DNA of 26,724 nt, taken from positions 1 through 26,724 of the forward strand of contig CAZRZZ010000001.1 in assembly GCA_964604755.1 (NCBI GenBank), in the 5' to 3' direction. The notes beneath the pieces were generated by a model. The model was given only the letters and a program-made list of their open reading frames with translations, did no database searches and was not told the DNA's origin. The DNA is from an uncultured Methanosarcinales archaeon (GTDB lineage: Archaea > Nanobdellota > Nanobdellia > Woesearchaeales > UBA12501). Shown piece after piece: positions 16,074 through 25,831 of the stretch. The translations under genes and the position numbers were made by a program. The number at the start of each line of letters is the position of its first letter. Position 1 is the first letter of the stretch.

Positions 16074-17459
16074 TCATTTTTTCTTCACTTTCGTACCGTC
16101 GGGCGTGTCATCGACACGGTATCCTTGCGCGACAATCTCATCGCGCAGACAGTCAGATGTTTTCCAGTCTTTCCTGGAGCGCACCCTGTCACGCTCCTTT
16201 GCCAAAGCAAGGATGCGTGAGGGTATCTTCTCCTTCGTGCGGAAGATCACACAGAGAACGGAGTCAACGGATTTGAGGAAGGCGAGCGCGGCTCTCGCGT
16301 TGGCTTTGCTCATGTCCTTCTTGTCCATATGCGAATTGAGTTCTCGGCTCAGATCAAAAAGCGCGGCGAGCGCACCGCTTGTCTCAAAATCATCATCCAT
16401 CGCGTCATTGAACCGCCTCTTTGCATCTGTGATCGCATCGACGACGTTCTTATTGCCCGGTGCACCCGATGCGTATCCCTCGAGCTTATCGATGACCTCC
16501 CATAGGCGTCCGAGACTGTTCGCCGCAGCGTCAAGCAGCGTATCTGCAAAGTTTATGGGGCTGCGGTAGTGCGTAGCAAACAAAAAGTAGCGTACCACAA
16601 GCGGATCATACCTTGCGAATATGTCCTTGAGCGTGAAGAAATTCCCAAGCGATTTGGACATCTTCTCATTGTCCACATTGACGAATCCGTTATGCATCCA
16701 GTACCGCACGACCTGATGGCCGCATGCCTTCTCGCTTTGCGCAAGCTCGTCCTCGTGGTGGGGGAAGATCAGATCTGCCCCGCCGCCATGGATGTCGAAC
16801 GTGGAACCAAGATGCGCCATCGTCATCGCCGAGCATTCGACGTGCCAGCCCGGCCGTCCCTTGCCCCACGGACTTGGCCATGCGGGCTCGCCTTCCTTCT
16901 TGAACTTCCAGAGGACAAAATCCTGCGGGTTGCGCTTGCCCTCCTTTTGCTCCACTCTTGCCCCCGCCTCAAGCTCGTCGATGTTCTGCTTGGAGAGCTT
17001 GCCGTAGCCCGGAAAAGAGGTTATATCAAAATAAACGCCGTCGTCAAGGATATAGGTTGCCTTGCGCTTCTCAAGCTGTCTGACGATGCCAATAATCTCC
17101 TTGATATACTTGGTCGCGCGCGGTGCAACAGAGGGCAGCATGATGCGAAGCAAAGAGAAGTCTTTCTCATATTCGGGGAGGATCTTCTCTGCAAGCTCTG
17201 TGATGCTTATCCCCTCTTCGCGGGCGCGGTTGATCATCTTGTCATCGATGTCCGTGTAGTTGAACACATAGGTAACATCGTATCCTTTGAAGAGAAGGTA
17301 GCGCCGGATGATATCAAAGGCGACTGCGCTTCGTCCGTGGCCAAGGTGCGCGATGTCATAAACCGTCGGTCCGCACACATACATCTTGACCTTGCCCTTC
17401 AAAAGTGGAGTGAACCCCTCTTTTGTACGGGTCTGTGTGTTGTAGATGTGAAGAGGCAT
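16074..17459 (-). CDS. cysS: Cysteinyl-tRNA synthetase
   Basis: YVCGPTVY, HLGH, DFVLWK, GRPGWHVECS, DIHGGGADLIFPHHE, KMSKSLGN. Confidence 0.98.
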   Translation of the reverse strand: MPLHIYNTQTRTKEGFTPLLKGKVKMYVCGPTVYDIAHLGHGRSAVAFDIIRRYLLFKGYDVTYVFNYTDIDDKMINRAREEGISITELAEKILPEYEKDFSLLRIMLPSVAPRATKYIKEIIGIVRQLEKRKATYILDDGVYFDITSFPGYGKLSKQNIDELEAGARVEQKEGKRNPQDFVLWKFKKEGEPAWPSPWGKGRPGWHVECSAMTMAHLGSTFDIHGGGADLIFPHHEDELAQSEKACGHQVVRYWMHNGFVNVDNEKMSKSLGNFFTLKDIFARYDPLVVRYFLFATHYRSPINFADTLLDAAANSLGRLWEVIDKLEGYASGAPGNKNVVDAITDAKRRFNDAMDDDFETSGALAALFDLSRELNSHMDKKDMSKANARAALAFLKSVDSVLCVIFRTKEKIPSRILALAKERDRVRSRKDWKTSDCLRDEIVAQGYRVDDTPDGTKVKKK

Positions 17460-17536
17460 GCCGCATTGTCATCCGTACTGATTATTTATATTTTCTCCCC
17501 TGAATCATTATAAACTGCACATCTTCTTCCTGTTGC

Positions 17537-18142
17537 ATGAACCTCCTGGAGAGAAACAGGCGCTTCTTTGATACGTGGGCGCGCTTCTACGATCATGGTC
17601 CGATCTCCTGGTGGCTTCGTGCCGTGCAGAGGCAGGCTATCCTAATCGCCAACCCGCATTGGGGAGAGCGCATCCTTGACGCAAGCTGCGGCACAGGCCA
17701 TGCGCTCAAGCAGATGACTTGCAGCGGAGCAAAGCTTGCTGGCATCGATCTTTCGCCAAACATGCTTGAGCGGGCGCAAAAGAATCTTGCCGGCCTTGAC
17801 GTGATGCTCCTCAACAGCGATGTTGAGGAGCTTCCCTTCTCCGATGCGAGCTTCGATTGCGTGATGACCATGGAAGCTTTCCATCACTACCCAGACCAGG
17901 AACAGGCGCTTCGCGAGCTCTTTCGTGTGCTGCGACCTGAGGGACGGCTCCTGCTTGTTGATATAAATCTCTTTTTTGAGCCCGCGCATCGTCTTTTTGA
18001 AATGCTTGAGCCTGGCTGCGTACGCATCAATACAAAAGAGCAGATGCGCATGCTCATCAAAGATGCCGGCTTTCTTGTTCTTGAGCAAAGGCGCATCGGC
18101 ATCTTTGCGGTCGCAACATATGCGCGCCGCCCAGGACCATGA
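17537..18142 (+). CDS. Class I SAM-dependent methyltransferase (UbiE-like)
   Basis: ILDASCGTG motif I, GIDLSPNML, LPFSDASFD, HHYPD, RVLRPEG. Confidence 0.9.
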   Translation: MNLLERNRRFFDTWARFYDHGPISWWLRAVQRQAILIANPHWGERILDASCGTGHALKQMTCSGAKLAGIDLSPNMLERAQKNLAGLDVMLLNSDVEELPFSDASFDCVMTMEAFHHYPDQEQALRELFRVLRPEGRLLLVDINLFFEPAHRLFEMLEPGCVRINTKEQMRMLIKDAGFLVLEQRRIGIFAVATYARRPGP

Positions 18143-18198
18143 CAAAAGTTTTATAAAGCAATACAATAAGAACAATACCATGTGCACTGGGGGATAGC

Positions 18199-18636
18199 AT
18201 GGTTTCAGCATCAAAAAAAAGACGCCTTCAAGAAGAACAGAACCAGCAGCAGACCCAGCTTGATCATGCACACAAGCGCAAGATGATAAAGAAGATCGCG
18301 CTTGTCGCGATCATCGCAGCGCTCGTTCTTGCCGGGGGATATGCAGCATGGGCCAAGATGACAGGACCGGGCAAGTACGACGCGCTTGCCGAGTGCATGA
18401 CCGCGCATGGCTGGACGATGTACGGCACGGACTGGTGCCCGCACTGCCAGCGCCAAAAGCAGATGTTCGGCAAGTCATTTAGAAACATCCATATTGTCAA
18501 CTGCGACCTCTCCGATGCATGCGATGAGGCCGGCGTAGAGGCGTATCCGACATGGGGCAGGAATGGGCAGCTTGAGCAGGCCGGCGTCAAGGAGATAGAC
18601 GCGCTTGCGCGCATGACCGGCTGCACGCTTGACTAG
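18199..18636 (+). CDS. Membrane-anchored thioredoxin-fold protein (CPHC)
   Basis: N-terminal TM, YGTDWCPHCQRQK, VNCD...C and YPTW (cis-Pro loop); resembles the Trx domain that partners VKOR. Confidence 0.85.
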   Translation: MVSASKKRRLQEEQNQQQTQLDHAHKRKMIKKIALVAIIAALVLAGGYAAWAKMTGPGKYDALAECMTAHGWTMYGTDWCPHCQRQKQMFGKSFRNIHIVNCDLSDACDEAGVEAYPTWGRNGQLEQAGVKEIDALARMTGCTLD

Positions 18637-18646
18637 ACGAGCAAAA

Positions 18647-19345
18647 ATGAAAAAGCAGACCGCATACGCAACAGGTGGCGTCATCGCCCTCATCATTGTG
18701 CTTCTTCTTGCGTTATCGCTTGATCTCCTCTTCCCCCTGGAATCATCAGGTTATACGACCCCCCTTGGCTATGAAGGCCCGCGAAGCGGAGTCGCTGCGC
18801 CAGAGACTGAATCGCAAAACGTCGTGCTCATCGAGGAGTTCTCCGATTTCCAATGCCCGTTCTGTGCACAGGCCGTGCCAATCGCCAAACGAGTCAAAGC
18901 GCACTACGGAGACCAGATAGAATTCCTGTACCGGCATTTCCCGATCGAAAAAATCCATCCGCTCGCGCCAAGGGCGGCGCTTGCAAGCGAATGCATGCGC
19001 GACCAAGAGATGTTCTGGACGTACCACGATCTCCTCTTTGAGAACCAGGCACGCCTCTCTGATAGCATGATCCGCGAGCTTGCCGCACAAGCAGGAGCAG
19101 AAATGGCCCTCTTTGATGCATGCATGTCGTCGATGAGGCATGCAGTTATCCTTCAAGAGGACTTCCTTGAAGGACGAGAGCGTGGTGTCGAGGGGACACC
19201 AACCTTCTTTGTCAATGGTGCGCGCTATGAAGGGGTCGTCAGCTATGACCGCTTTGTCGAGATCATCGACCGAGAGCTTACACGTGCAGAAAGCCAATAC
19301 GCAAGAGATCCGCAAGACGTGGACAGAAAGGAGGGTACTGCATGA
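18647..19345 (+). CDS. DsbA-family thioredoxin-fold protein, membrane-anchored
   Basis: N-terminal TM, EFSDFQCPFC, YRHFP and GVEGTPTFFVNG. Confidence 0.9.
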   Translation: MKKQTAYATGGVIALIIVLLLALSLDLLFPLESSGYTTPLGYEGPRSGVAAPETESQNVVLIEEFSDFQCPFCAQAVPIAKRVKAHYGDQIEFLYRHFPIEKIHPLAPRAALASECMRDQEMFWTYHDLLFENQARLSDSMIRELAAQAGAEMALFDACMSSMRHAVILQEDFLEGRERGVEGTPTFFVNGARYEGVVSYDRFVEIIDRELTRAESQYARDPQDVDRKEGTA

Positions 19346-20175
19346 ACAAGGTCAAGAGCGTAGCGGCTGATGTGTGCTCGTGCACAGCCAACGCTGCACG
19401 CGCGATGTGGGCAGACAAGAAGGATTCGCTGATATGCATGGCCGCTGATATGCTGTTCTTCATCTTCGCCGGATTCATTACCTCAGCATATATGACGCGC
19501 ATGGTTGCCTCGCTCTACTCGATTGGCGCGCTTTTGCAAGGTGCGGAGGAGAGTGCGGTGCTCGCAAGCGATGGGCTCTTCTCGCTTCTTGATGCCGTCG
19601 GTGCGGCGCCGCACGTGTGGCGCATCGCCGCGATGCTCACTCTCATGACATTATCGCTCTTCGCCCTCTATGGACTCTTCCATGGGTTCATCTGGGTGCA
19701 TATTTTCAAGATCCTCAGGATCAAGACGGATCCGACGACAATCTTCAAGCGCTTCGTGCAGGTAAGCGTCCTCTGGGCAGCCCTCTTTTTTTTGCAGCGC
19801 GTCATCTTCTTTGTCGCAAGCTTCTTTGCGACGCTGCGCACAAAGGATCCCACCGCGCTCAATAATGATCCGATACTCCTCTCCTTTCTCTTTATCATCA
19901 CTTATTTTGCGATGATTTCTTATACACAGATCGCGGAGCATTCTGCCCTTGCGTCGATACACCTGTCGTTCTCGCTTGGCGTCCGTCGTGTGACACACGT
20001 CCTTGCGGCTGTAATCCTGCTTGTCATCGTCTTTGCGGCCGTCAACTATGCGTTGCTTGCGCTCCAAACACTATGGTCCACGCTTGTGCTCATCGGTGGC
20101 ACGGTCACTGTTATTCCGGCAATGACGTGGGCGCGCGTGTTCTTTGCCGCATGGATGCATAAGCTTAAGGTGTGA
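19342..20175 (+). CDS. Hypothetical polytopic membrane protein (about 6 TM)
   Basis: ATGA overlap with the DsbA gene; six hydrophobic stretches; no recognised family. Confidence 0.75.
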   Translation: MNKVKSVAADVCSCTANAARAMWADKKDSLICMAADMLFFIFAGFITSAYMTRMVASLYSIGALLQGAEESAVLASDGLFSLLDAVGAAPHVWRIAAMLTLMTLSLFALYGLFHGFIWVHIFKILRIKTDPTTIFKRFVQVSVLWAALFFLQRVIFFVASFFATLRTKDPTALNNDPILLSFLFIITYFAMISYTQIAEHSALASIHLSFSLGVRRVTHVLAAVILLVIVFAAVNYALLALQTLWSTLVLIGGTVTVIPAMTWARVFFAAWMHKLKV

Positions 20176-20255
20176 GAGCGATTAAACACCATATTTATAG
20201 ATGAAGACAACAACTGATCAGCAGAAAAACAAAAAATGGCAAAGGGTGATGCGTC

Positions 20256-20495
20256 ATGGCAAAAGTCAAGGTCTACTCGACACCATCATGCCCGTACTGC
20301 ATGAAGGCAAAGGAATTCCTCAAAGAGCATGGCATCAAATATGAAGACATCAATGTCCAGGAGAACAAGGACGCAGCCGAAGAGATGGTCGAGAAGTCGG
20401 GCCAGATGGGCGTTCCCGTCATCGAGGTCGGAAGCACGATCATCGTCGGCTTCGACCGTGACGCGCTCAAGAAGGCGCTCAAGATCAGGGACTAA
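20256..20495 (+). CDS. Glutaredoxin-like protein (NrdH/YruB family)
   Basis: VYSTPSCPYC, GQMGVPVI; GGGTGA SD and TTTATA upstream. Confidence 0.93.
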   Translation: MAKVKVYSTPSCPYCMKAKEFLKEHGIKYEDINVQENKDAAEEMVEKSGQMGVPVIEVGSTIIVGFDRDALKKALKIRD

Positions 20496-20501
20496 TCCAC
20501 G

Positions 20502-21248
20502 ATGATCAATCCCGTTCTTGTCGACTTGGGCCTCGTGCAGATCCGATGGTACGGCGTGCTCATGGCCGCCGCCTTCCTGTGCGGCTACGTGATCCTTCTT
20601 CGCTTAGGAAAGAAAGATGGCCTCACAAGAGAGCAGATCGACGAATACCTCCTGTACCTGTTTGTGGGTATCATAGGGGGGGCACGCCTTGGGGAAGTCC
20701 TCTTTTACAATCCGGGCTATTATCTATCAAACCCCCTCGAGATTCTTATGGTCTGGAAGGGCGGCCTTGCAAGCCATGGAGCAATCCTTGGCGCGATTGC
20801 AGCGAACGCGATATTCTGCCGCAAGCACCATGTGTCATTCTATAAGATGGCGGACCTTGCCGTCATCCCGTGTGCGCTTGGCGCGGCATTCGTGCGCATC
20901 GGCAACTTCACGAACTCGGAGATCGTCGGGCGCGTAAGTTCCGTGCCCTGGGCGATGGAATTTCCCGGATACGAGGGGCTGCGGCATCCAAGCCAGCTCT
21001 ATGAGGCGGCAAAGAACCTTCTCATCTTCGGCATCCTCCTGCAGCTTCGAAAGCGGAAGCTTCCGGAAGGCACGCTTTTCTGGTCATTCCTCTTTATCTT
21101 CTCCATTCTCCGCTTCATCGTCGAATTCTTCAAGGAGTTCCAGACGCTCCCGCCTTCTGCCGTGCTCACAATGGGACAGTGGCTGAGCATCCCGCTCTTC
21201 ATCCTGTCAGGTGTAATGCTCTTACGTATCCAAAAGAGTGCGAAGTAA
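20502..21248 (+). CDS. lgt: Prolipoprotein diacylglyceryl transferase
   Basis: IRWYG, GARLG, WKGGLASHG, RIGNFTNSEIVG, HPSQLYE, RFIVEFFK; multi-TM. Confidence 0.93.
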   Translation: MINPVLVDLGLVQIRWYGVLMAAAFLCGYVILLRLGKKDGLTREQIDEYLLYLFVGIIGGARLGEVLFYNPGYYLSNPLEILMVWKGGLASHGAILGAIAANAIFCRKHHVSFYKMADLAVIPCALGAAFVRIGNFTNSEIVGRVSSVPWAMEFPGYEGLRHPSQLYEAAKNLLIFGILLQLRKRKLPEGTLFWSFLFIFSILRFIVEFFKEFQTLPPSAVLTMGQWLSIPLFILSGVMLLRIQKSAK

Positions 21249-21281
21249 GTTTTTTATACACTCCGTGCATGGGATCAGAAG

Positions 21282-22388
21282 ATGAAGCTCTATGAACACG
21301 AAGGAAAAGACCTCCTGGACGCACACGACATCCCGACACCAAAGCGCATCCTGATCACCAAACCGCAGCAGGCAAAAGATGCGCAACGTAAGCTTGGAGG
21401 AAAGGATGTCGTGCTCAAGGCGCAGGTCCGCACGGGCAAGCGCGGCAAGGCTGGAGCAATCCGCATCGTACCCACAATCGATGCCGCAAAGACAGTATCA
21501 GCGATGCTGCGCACTCGTGTGCATGAAGAGGTCCCCGCAGGGATCCTTATCGAAGAGAAGGCCGCAATCGTGCGAGAGCTCTACATAGCCGTCACGATTG
21601 ATGCAGCAACGCGCTCGCGCGTCGTGCTCTTCTCCAAAACAGGCGGGATGGATGTTGAAGAGCTTGTCAGGATACATCCGAATGCCATCATAAAGGAGTC
21701 GATCAAAGGACTGACTACTCCGACACGGTTGCGCTCGTCGATCATGCCGCTTCCGCGATCCCGCGAGCTTCTTGGCATCATCAAGCGCCTCATCACGCTT
21801 GCGGCCAAAGAGGATGCCATACTTGCGGAGATCAACCCGCTTGCCCTGACGCCAACAGGGTACGTCGCGCTCGACTCGAAAATTATCATCGATGAGAATG
21901 CGCTCTTCCGTCATCCCAATTATGCGCAACGCGCATCAGATCTCTCACCAATAGAAAGGAAAGCGAAGAGGATCGGACTGCACTACGTTGACCTTGACGG
22001 CGACATCGCCGTCATCGGCAATGGAGCAGGACTTGTCATGGCGACCTTGGACATGATCGATTCTTATGGTGAACGGCCAGCGAACTTCCTTGACGTGCAG
22101 GGGGGCACCGGCGCAGACATGATGGAGAAAGCGATTGGTCTTTGCCTAAGCAAGGCAGGCGTCAAAGGGATTTTTGTAAACATCTTTGCTGGGATCACGG
22201 ACTGTGAAGAAATCGCAAAGGGGATCATTGCATACAAGAAAAAACATGGCATCCGACAGCCCCTTGTTGTGCGCATGACGGGAAGGCATGAGAAGAGCGC
22301 AAGGGCCATGCTCAAAAAAAGCCGCGTATGTCTTGCCAAAACAATGGACGAGGGGGCAAAGATGATCATCCGGGAAGTGAACGCATGA
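21282..22388 (+). CDS. sucC: Succinyl-CoA synthetase beta subunit
   Basis: MKLYEHEGK, GKRGKAG, EINPL, GNGAGLVMATLD, PANFLD, NIFAGI; TTTTTATA at 21251..21258. Confidence 0.93.
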   Translation: MKLYEHEGKDLLDAHDIPTPKRILITKPQQAKDAQRKLGGKDVVLKAQVRTGKRGKAGAIRIVPTIDAAKTVSAMLRTRVHEEVPAGILIEEKAAIVRELYIAVTIDAATRSRVVLFSKTGGMDVEELVRIHPNAIIKESIKGLTTPTRLRSSIMPLPRSRELLGIIKRLITLAAKEDAILAEINPLALTPTGYVALDSKIIIDENALFRHPNYAQRASDLSPIERKAKRIGLHYVDLDGDIAVIGNGAGLVMATLDMIDSYGERPANFLDVQGGTGADMMEKAIGLCLSKAGVKGIFVNIFAGITDCEEIAKGIIAYKKKHGIRQPLVVRMTGRHEKSARAMLKKSRVCLAKTMDEGAKMIIREVNA

Positions 22389-23191
22389 TTGGCCGCATCT
22401 CAGACCGTGTACCCCCGCGGTTCTCCGGATACACAAAAATTGCGGCAAATGCCGCGCTCAGGGCAGGCAGGATTATCATGCAGCGCTACAAGAGAGAGCA
22501 CACGATGCGCTACAAGAAAGACGACACCATTGTTACCGACGTCGATCTTGCTGCGGAGAACGTGATCCTACCAATCCTCAAGAAAGAGTTTCCCTCGCAT
22601 ACCATCTATTCCGAGGAGGCAGGTGTCGACTTGCACCAAAGCCCCTATACATGGACCGTCGATCCCCTTGATGGGACGACGAACTTCATGATGAGAAACC
22701 CATTCTTTAATACGGCAATCAGCCTCTCCAAGGACAACGTCCCCATTATCGGTGTCGTCTACTACCCCGTCTTCGATGAGCTGTTCATTGCGGAGAAAGG
22801 CAAAGGCGCTATGCTCAACGGCAGCCGCATCCGCGTCTCGACAAACAAGGATGCGCGACGGGCGATCATCGGGTTCTGCCATGGCGTTGGAAACGCGGCA
22901 GTGATCGAGCGTGCGCTGCGGTTCTATTCCAGGCTCAAGCGCGCAACGCCAAAAACAAGGCAGTTCGGGTCAGCAGCGCTCGAACTGTGCTATGTCGCAT
23001 GCGGCAGGATCGATGCATTCGAGATGAGCGACCTTAACTCGTACGATGTCGCTGCCGGCGTGATCATGGTGCAGGAGGCCGGCGGCAAGACGACGGACTT
23101 TGCCGGAAAGCGATTCACGCTCAAGTCACGAGACGTGCTTGCAACAAATGGTCACCTGCACCGCAAACTTCTTTGCATCCTCAAGGGATAA
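22385..23191 (+). CDS. suhB: Inositol monophosphatase family protein (IMPase/FBPase)
   Basis: YSEE, DPLDGTTNF, GSAALELCYVACG, YDVAAG; ATG 22385 overlaps the sucC stop. Confidence 0.9.
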   Translation: MIGRISDRVPPRFSGYTKIAANAALRAGRIIMQRYKREHTMRYKKDDTIVTDVDLAAENVILPILKKEFPSHTIYSEEAGVDLHQSPYTWTVDPLDGTTNFMMRNPFFNTAISLSKDNVPIIGVVYYPVFDELFIAEKGKGAMLNGSRIRVSTNKDARRAIIGFCHGVGNAAVIERALRFYSRLKRATPKTRQFGSAALELCYVACGRIDAFEMSDLNSYDVAAGVIMVQEAGGKTTDFAGKRFTLKSRDVLATNGHLHRKLLCILKG

Positions 23192-23195
23192 GACA

Positions 23196-24047
23196 ATGGC
23201 CATCCTCCTGAACAAGGACACGCACGTGATCATCCAGGGGATCACCGGACACCACGGATCAATCCACGCAAGGCTCATGCAAGAATACGGGACGCGCATC
23301 GTCGCTGGAGTCACTCCGGGAAGAAAAGGCCAGGAAGTGGATGGCATCCCTGTATATGATACGGTCCGGCAGGCGCTTCAAAGGCATCGTGTGCAATGGT
23401 CGGTGATATTTGTTCCTTCCGCCCATGCAAAGGATGCTGCGATCGAAGCCCTGCGTGCTGGGCTTCACCTTGTCATCATCACAGAACATGTGCCAGTCCA
23501 TGACGCGATCGACATCCATTCAGAAGCCAGGCGCCATCGTCGCATCGTCATCGGCCCAAATTGTCCCGGCCTCGTCGTGCCGGGCATATGCAAGATAGGG
23601 ATCATGCCAAATGATATATTCCTGCCGGGTGATGTTGGGGTTGTTTCCCGCTCCGGCACGCTCACGTACGAGATTGTGCATACGCTCACAAAGAAAGGCA
23701 TCGGACAGAGTGCCGTCATCGGTTGTGGCGGCGATCCGGTGCCGGGGATGGACTTCATTGATGTGCTCAGGCTCTTCGAGAAGGACAAGAAGACAAAGCG
23801 CATCGTGCTTATCGGCGAGATCGGCGGGAATTTTGAGGAGCGCGCCGCCAAGCACATCAGAAGGTGTGTGAGCAAACCCGTCGTCGCGTACATTGCCGGA
23901 CGTTGCGCGCCAAAGGACAAGCGCATGGGGCATGCAGGAGCGATCATCAGCGGTGAGGCAGGGACGGCAGAGACGAAAATCAGGGCGCTCAAAGACGCCG
24001 GAGTGAAGATCGCGCGGCTTCCATCCGATGTTGTGCGGTTGCTTTGA
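23196..24047 (+). CDS. sucD: Succinyl-CoA synthetase alpha subunit
   Basis: QGITG, GVTPG, GPNCPG, SRSGTLTYE, GGDP, GEIGG, MGHAGAII (phospho-His); start at ATG 23196. Confidence 0.95.
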   Translation: MAILLNKDTHVIIQGITGHHGSIHARLMQEYGTRIVAGVTPGRKGQEVDGIPVYDTVRQALQRHRVQWSVIFVPSAHAKDAAIEALRAGLHLVIITEHVPVHDAIDIHSEARRHRRIVIGPNCPGLVVPGICKIGIMPNDIFLPGDVGVVSRSGTLTYEIVHTLTKKGIGQSAVIGCGGDPVPGMDFIDVLRLFEKDKKTKRIVLIGEIGGNFEERAAKHIRRCVSKPVVAYIAGRCAPKDKRMGHAGAIISGEAGTAETKIRALKDAGVKIARLPSDVVRLL

Positions 24048-24120
24048 GAGACTTTTAAAGACGAGAAGCACCAGTTCTTTTCAACCATACCTTTATATAT
24101 AGAAAAAACGGGTTGATGAC

Positions 24121-25830
24121 GTGGGGAAAAGAGTGATCTCACACGATATCGTCATCGTCGGTGCAGGGCTTGCCGGCCTTCGCGCAGCGATTGCCGCAAA
24201 GGATCATGATGTTGCGATCATCAGCAAGGTCCACCCCTTGCGCAGCCATTCCGTCGCGGCACAGGGCGGCATCGCCGCTGCGCTTGGCAATGTCGAGGCA
24301 GATTCTGTCGAAGAGCATATATTTGACACCGTGAAGGGGTCGGATTATCTTGGTGACCAGGACGCGATCCGCATCCTCTGCGAGAGCGCCCCTCAGGATG
24401 TCATCGAGCTTGAGCATTTCGGCGTCATTTTCTCGCGCACAGCGGAGGGAAAGATCATGCAGCGCGCGTTTGGAGGGCACAAAAACAAGCGCGCATGCTA
24501 TGCCGCAGACAAGACGGGACACGCGATCCTGCATGAGCTTTTTGGACAGACAGTAAAGGCAAAACTGACCGTCTATGACGAATGGTATGTTCTTGAGCTC
24601 ATCGTCGAAGACGGTGAATGCAAGGGCATCGTTGTCTGGAACATCAAAACCGGCGAGCTTGACATCATGCTCGCAAAGGCGGTCATGTTCGCGACCGGCG
24701 CGTATGGGAGGGTGTATGAGATTACTTCGAACGACATGGGAAGCACGGGGGACGGGCTTGCTATCGCTCTTCGTGCCGGCGTTCCCTTGCAGGACATGGA
24801 GTTCGTGCAGTTCCATCCGACAGGCATTTATCCTATCGGTGTGCTCGTCAGCGAGGCCGCACGCGGTGAGGGCGCGTATCTTCTCAACGGTAAGGAAGAG
24901 CGGTTCATGAAGAGATACGCGCCAGAACAGATGGAGCTTGCTCCCCGCGACATCTGTTCGCGAGCAATCGAGAAAGAGATTAGGGAAGGCCGCGGCATCG
25001 GCGGCAAGAATTTTGTGCATCTGGACCTGCGTCACATCGGCGAAGAGAAGATCAAGAACCGGCTCCCGTTCGTCTATGAGGAGAGCAGGCGCCACCTCAA
25101 GATCGACTGCTCAAAGGAGCCGATTCCAGTCAAGCCAACGGTGCATTACTCGATGGGTGGTATTCCAACGACTGTGGACGGAGAAGTTCTCCTCGATGGA
25201 AAAGGGAATACCCTTCCTGGATTCTTTGCGGCGGGGGAGTGCGCGTGCATCTCCGTGCATGGCGCAAACCGGCTTGGCTGCAACTCGCTTCTCGAAACGA
25301 TCGTGTTTGGCAAGCGCGCGGGAAAGAAAATGACGGATTACATCGCATCCAGACGTATGCCAGAGATAAAGCAGAACTGGATCACGCCGACGCAGAAGCG
25401 CATCAAGGCAATCCTTGATAGGAGCGAAGGTGAGCGCGTTGCCAGCATTCGTGAAAAGATGCAAAAGACAATGCAGGCATTCTGCGGCGTGTTCCGCGAC
25501 AAGAAGACACTCGAGGAAGGCCATGCGCACATCCGCGCGCTCCAAGAACGGTACAAGCGTGTCATGATTGATGACAAGAGCCTTGTGTTCAATACAGACC
25601 TGCAGGATGCACTTGAGCTTGGCAGCATGCTCACCTTTGCAGAGATCATCATCGTGTCGGCCCTGCACCGGGAGGAGAGCCGCGGCGCACACTATCGAAA
25701 CGATTTTCCAAAGCGCGATGACAAGACGTGGCTCAAGCACATCCTCGTAAAGAACGCGAATGACAGGATCACATTCGACTATCGCCCCGTAATCATCAAA
25801 GACTATGCGCCAAAAGAGAGGATATATTAA
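24121..25830 (+). CDS. sdhA: Succinate dehydrogenase/fumarate reductase flavoprotein subunit
   Basis: [16 protein letters not shown] (FAD-linked His), [32 protein letters not shown]; GTG start with TTTATATA at 24092..24099. Confidence 0.95.
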   Translation: MGKRVISHDIVIVGAGLAGLRAAIAAKDHDVAIISKVHPLRSHSVAAQGGIAAALGNVEADSVEEHIFDTVKGSDYLGDQDAIRILCESAPQDVIELEHFGVIFSRTAEGKIMQRAFGGHKNKRACYAADKTGHAILHELFGQTVKAKLTVYDEWYVLELIVEDGECKGIVVWNIKTGELDIMLAKAVMFATGAYGRVYEITSNDMGSTGDGLAIALRAGVPLQDMEFVQFHPTGIYPIGVLVSEAARGEGAYLLNGKEERFMKRYAPEQMELAPRDICSRAIEKEIREGRGIGGKNFVHLDLRHIGEEKIKNRLPFVYEESRRHLKIDCSKEPIPVKPTVHYSMGGIPTTVDGEVLLDGKGNTLPGFFAAGECACISVHGANRLGCNSLLETIVFGKRAGKKMTDYIASRRMPEIKQNWITPTQKRIKAILDRSEGERVASIREKMQKTMQAFCGVFRDKKTLEEGHAHIRALQERYKRVMIDDKSLVFNTDLQDALELGSMLTFAEIIIVSALHREESRGAHYRNDFPKRDDKTWLKHILVKNANDRITFDYRPVIIKDYAPKERIY

Positions 25831-25831
25831 C

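Noticed and set aside
3742-18636. Genome-wide TAG reassignment (alternative genetic code)
   Set aside because: No conserved gene contains an internal TAG; ValRS ends at a normal length; the TAG stops at 3742 and 18636 do not lead into in-frame genes. The local five-TAG pattern is kept only as a cautious finding.
19342-20175. Calling the 6-TM protein DsbB, VKOR or CcdA
   Set aside because: No CxxC or conserved membrane Cys pair; Cys residues occur only near the N-terminus.
20676-20682. Other homopolymers (G7 in lgt, T8 in the 6-TM gene) as phase-variable sites
   Set aside because: Both genes are in frame and the runs encode expected Gly-Gly or Phe-Phe; the sequence alone gives no sign of switching.
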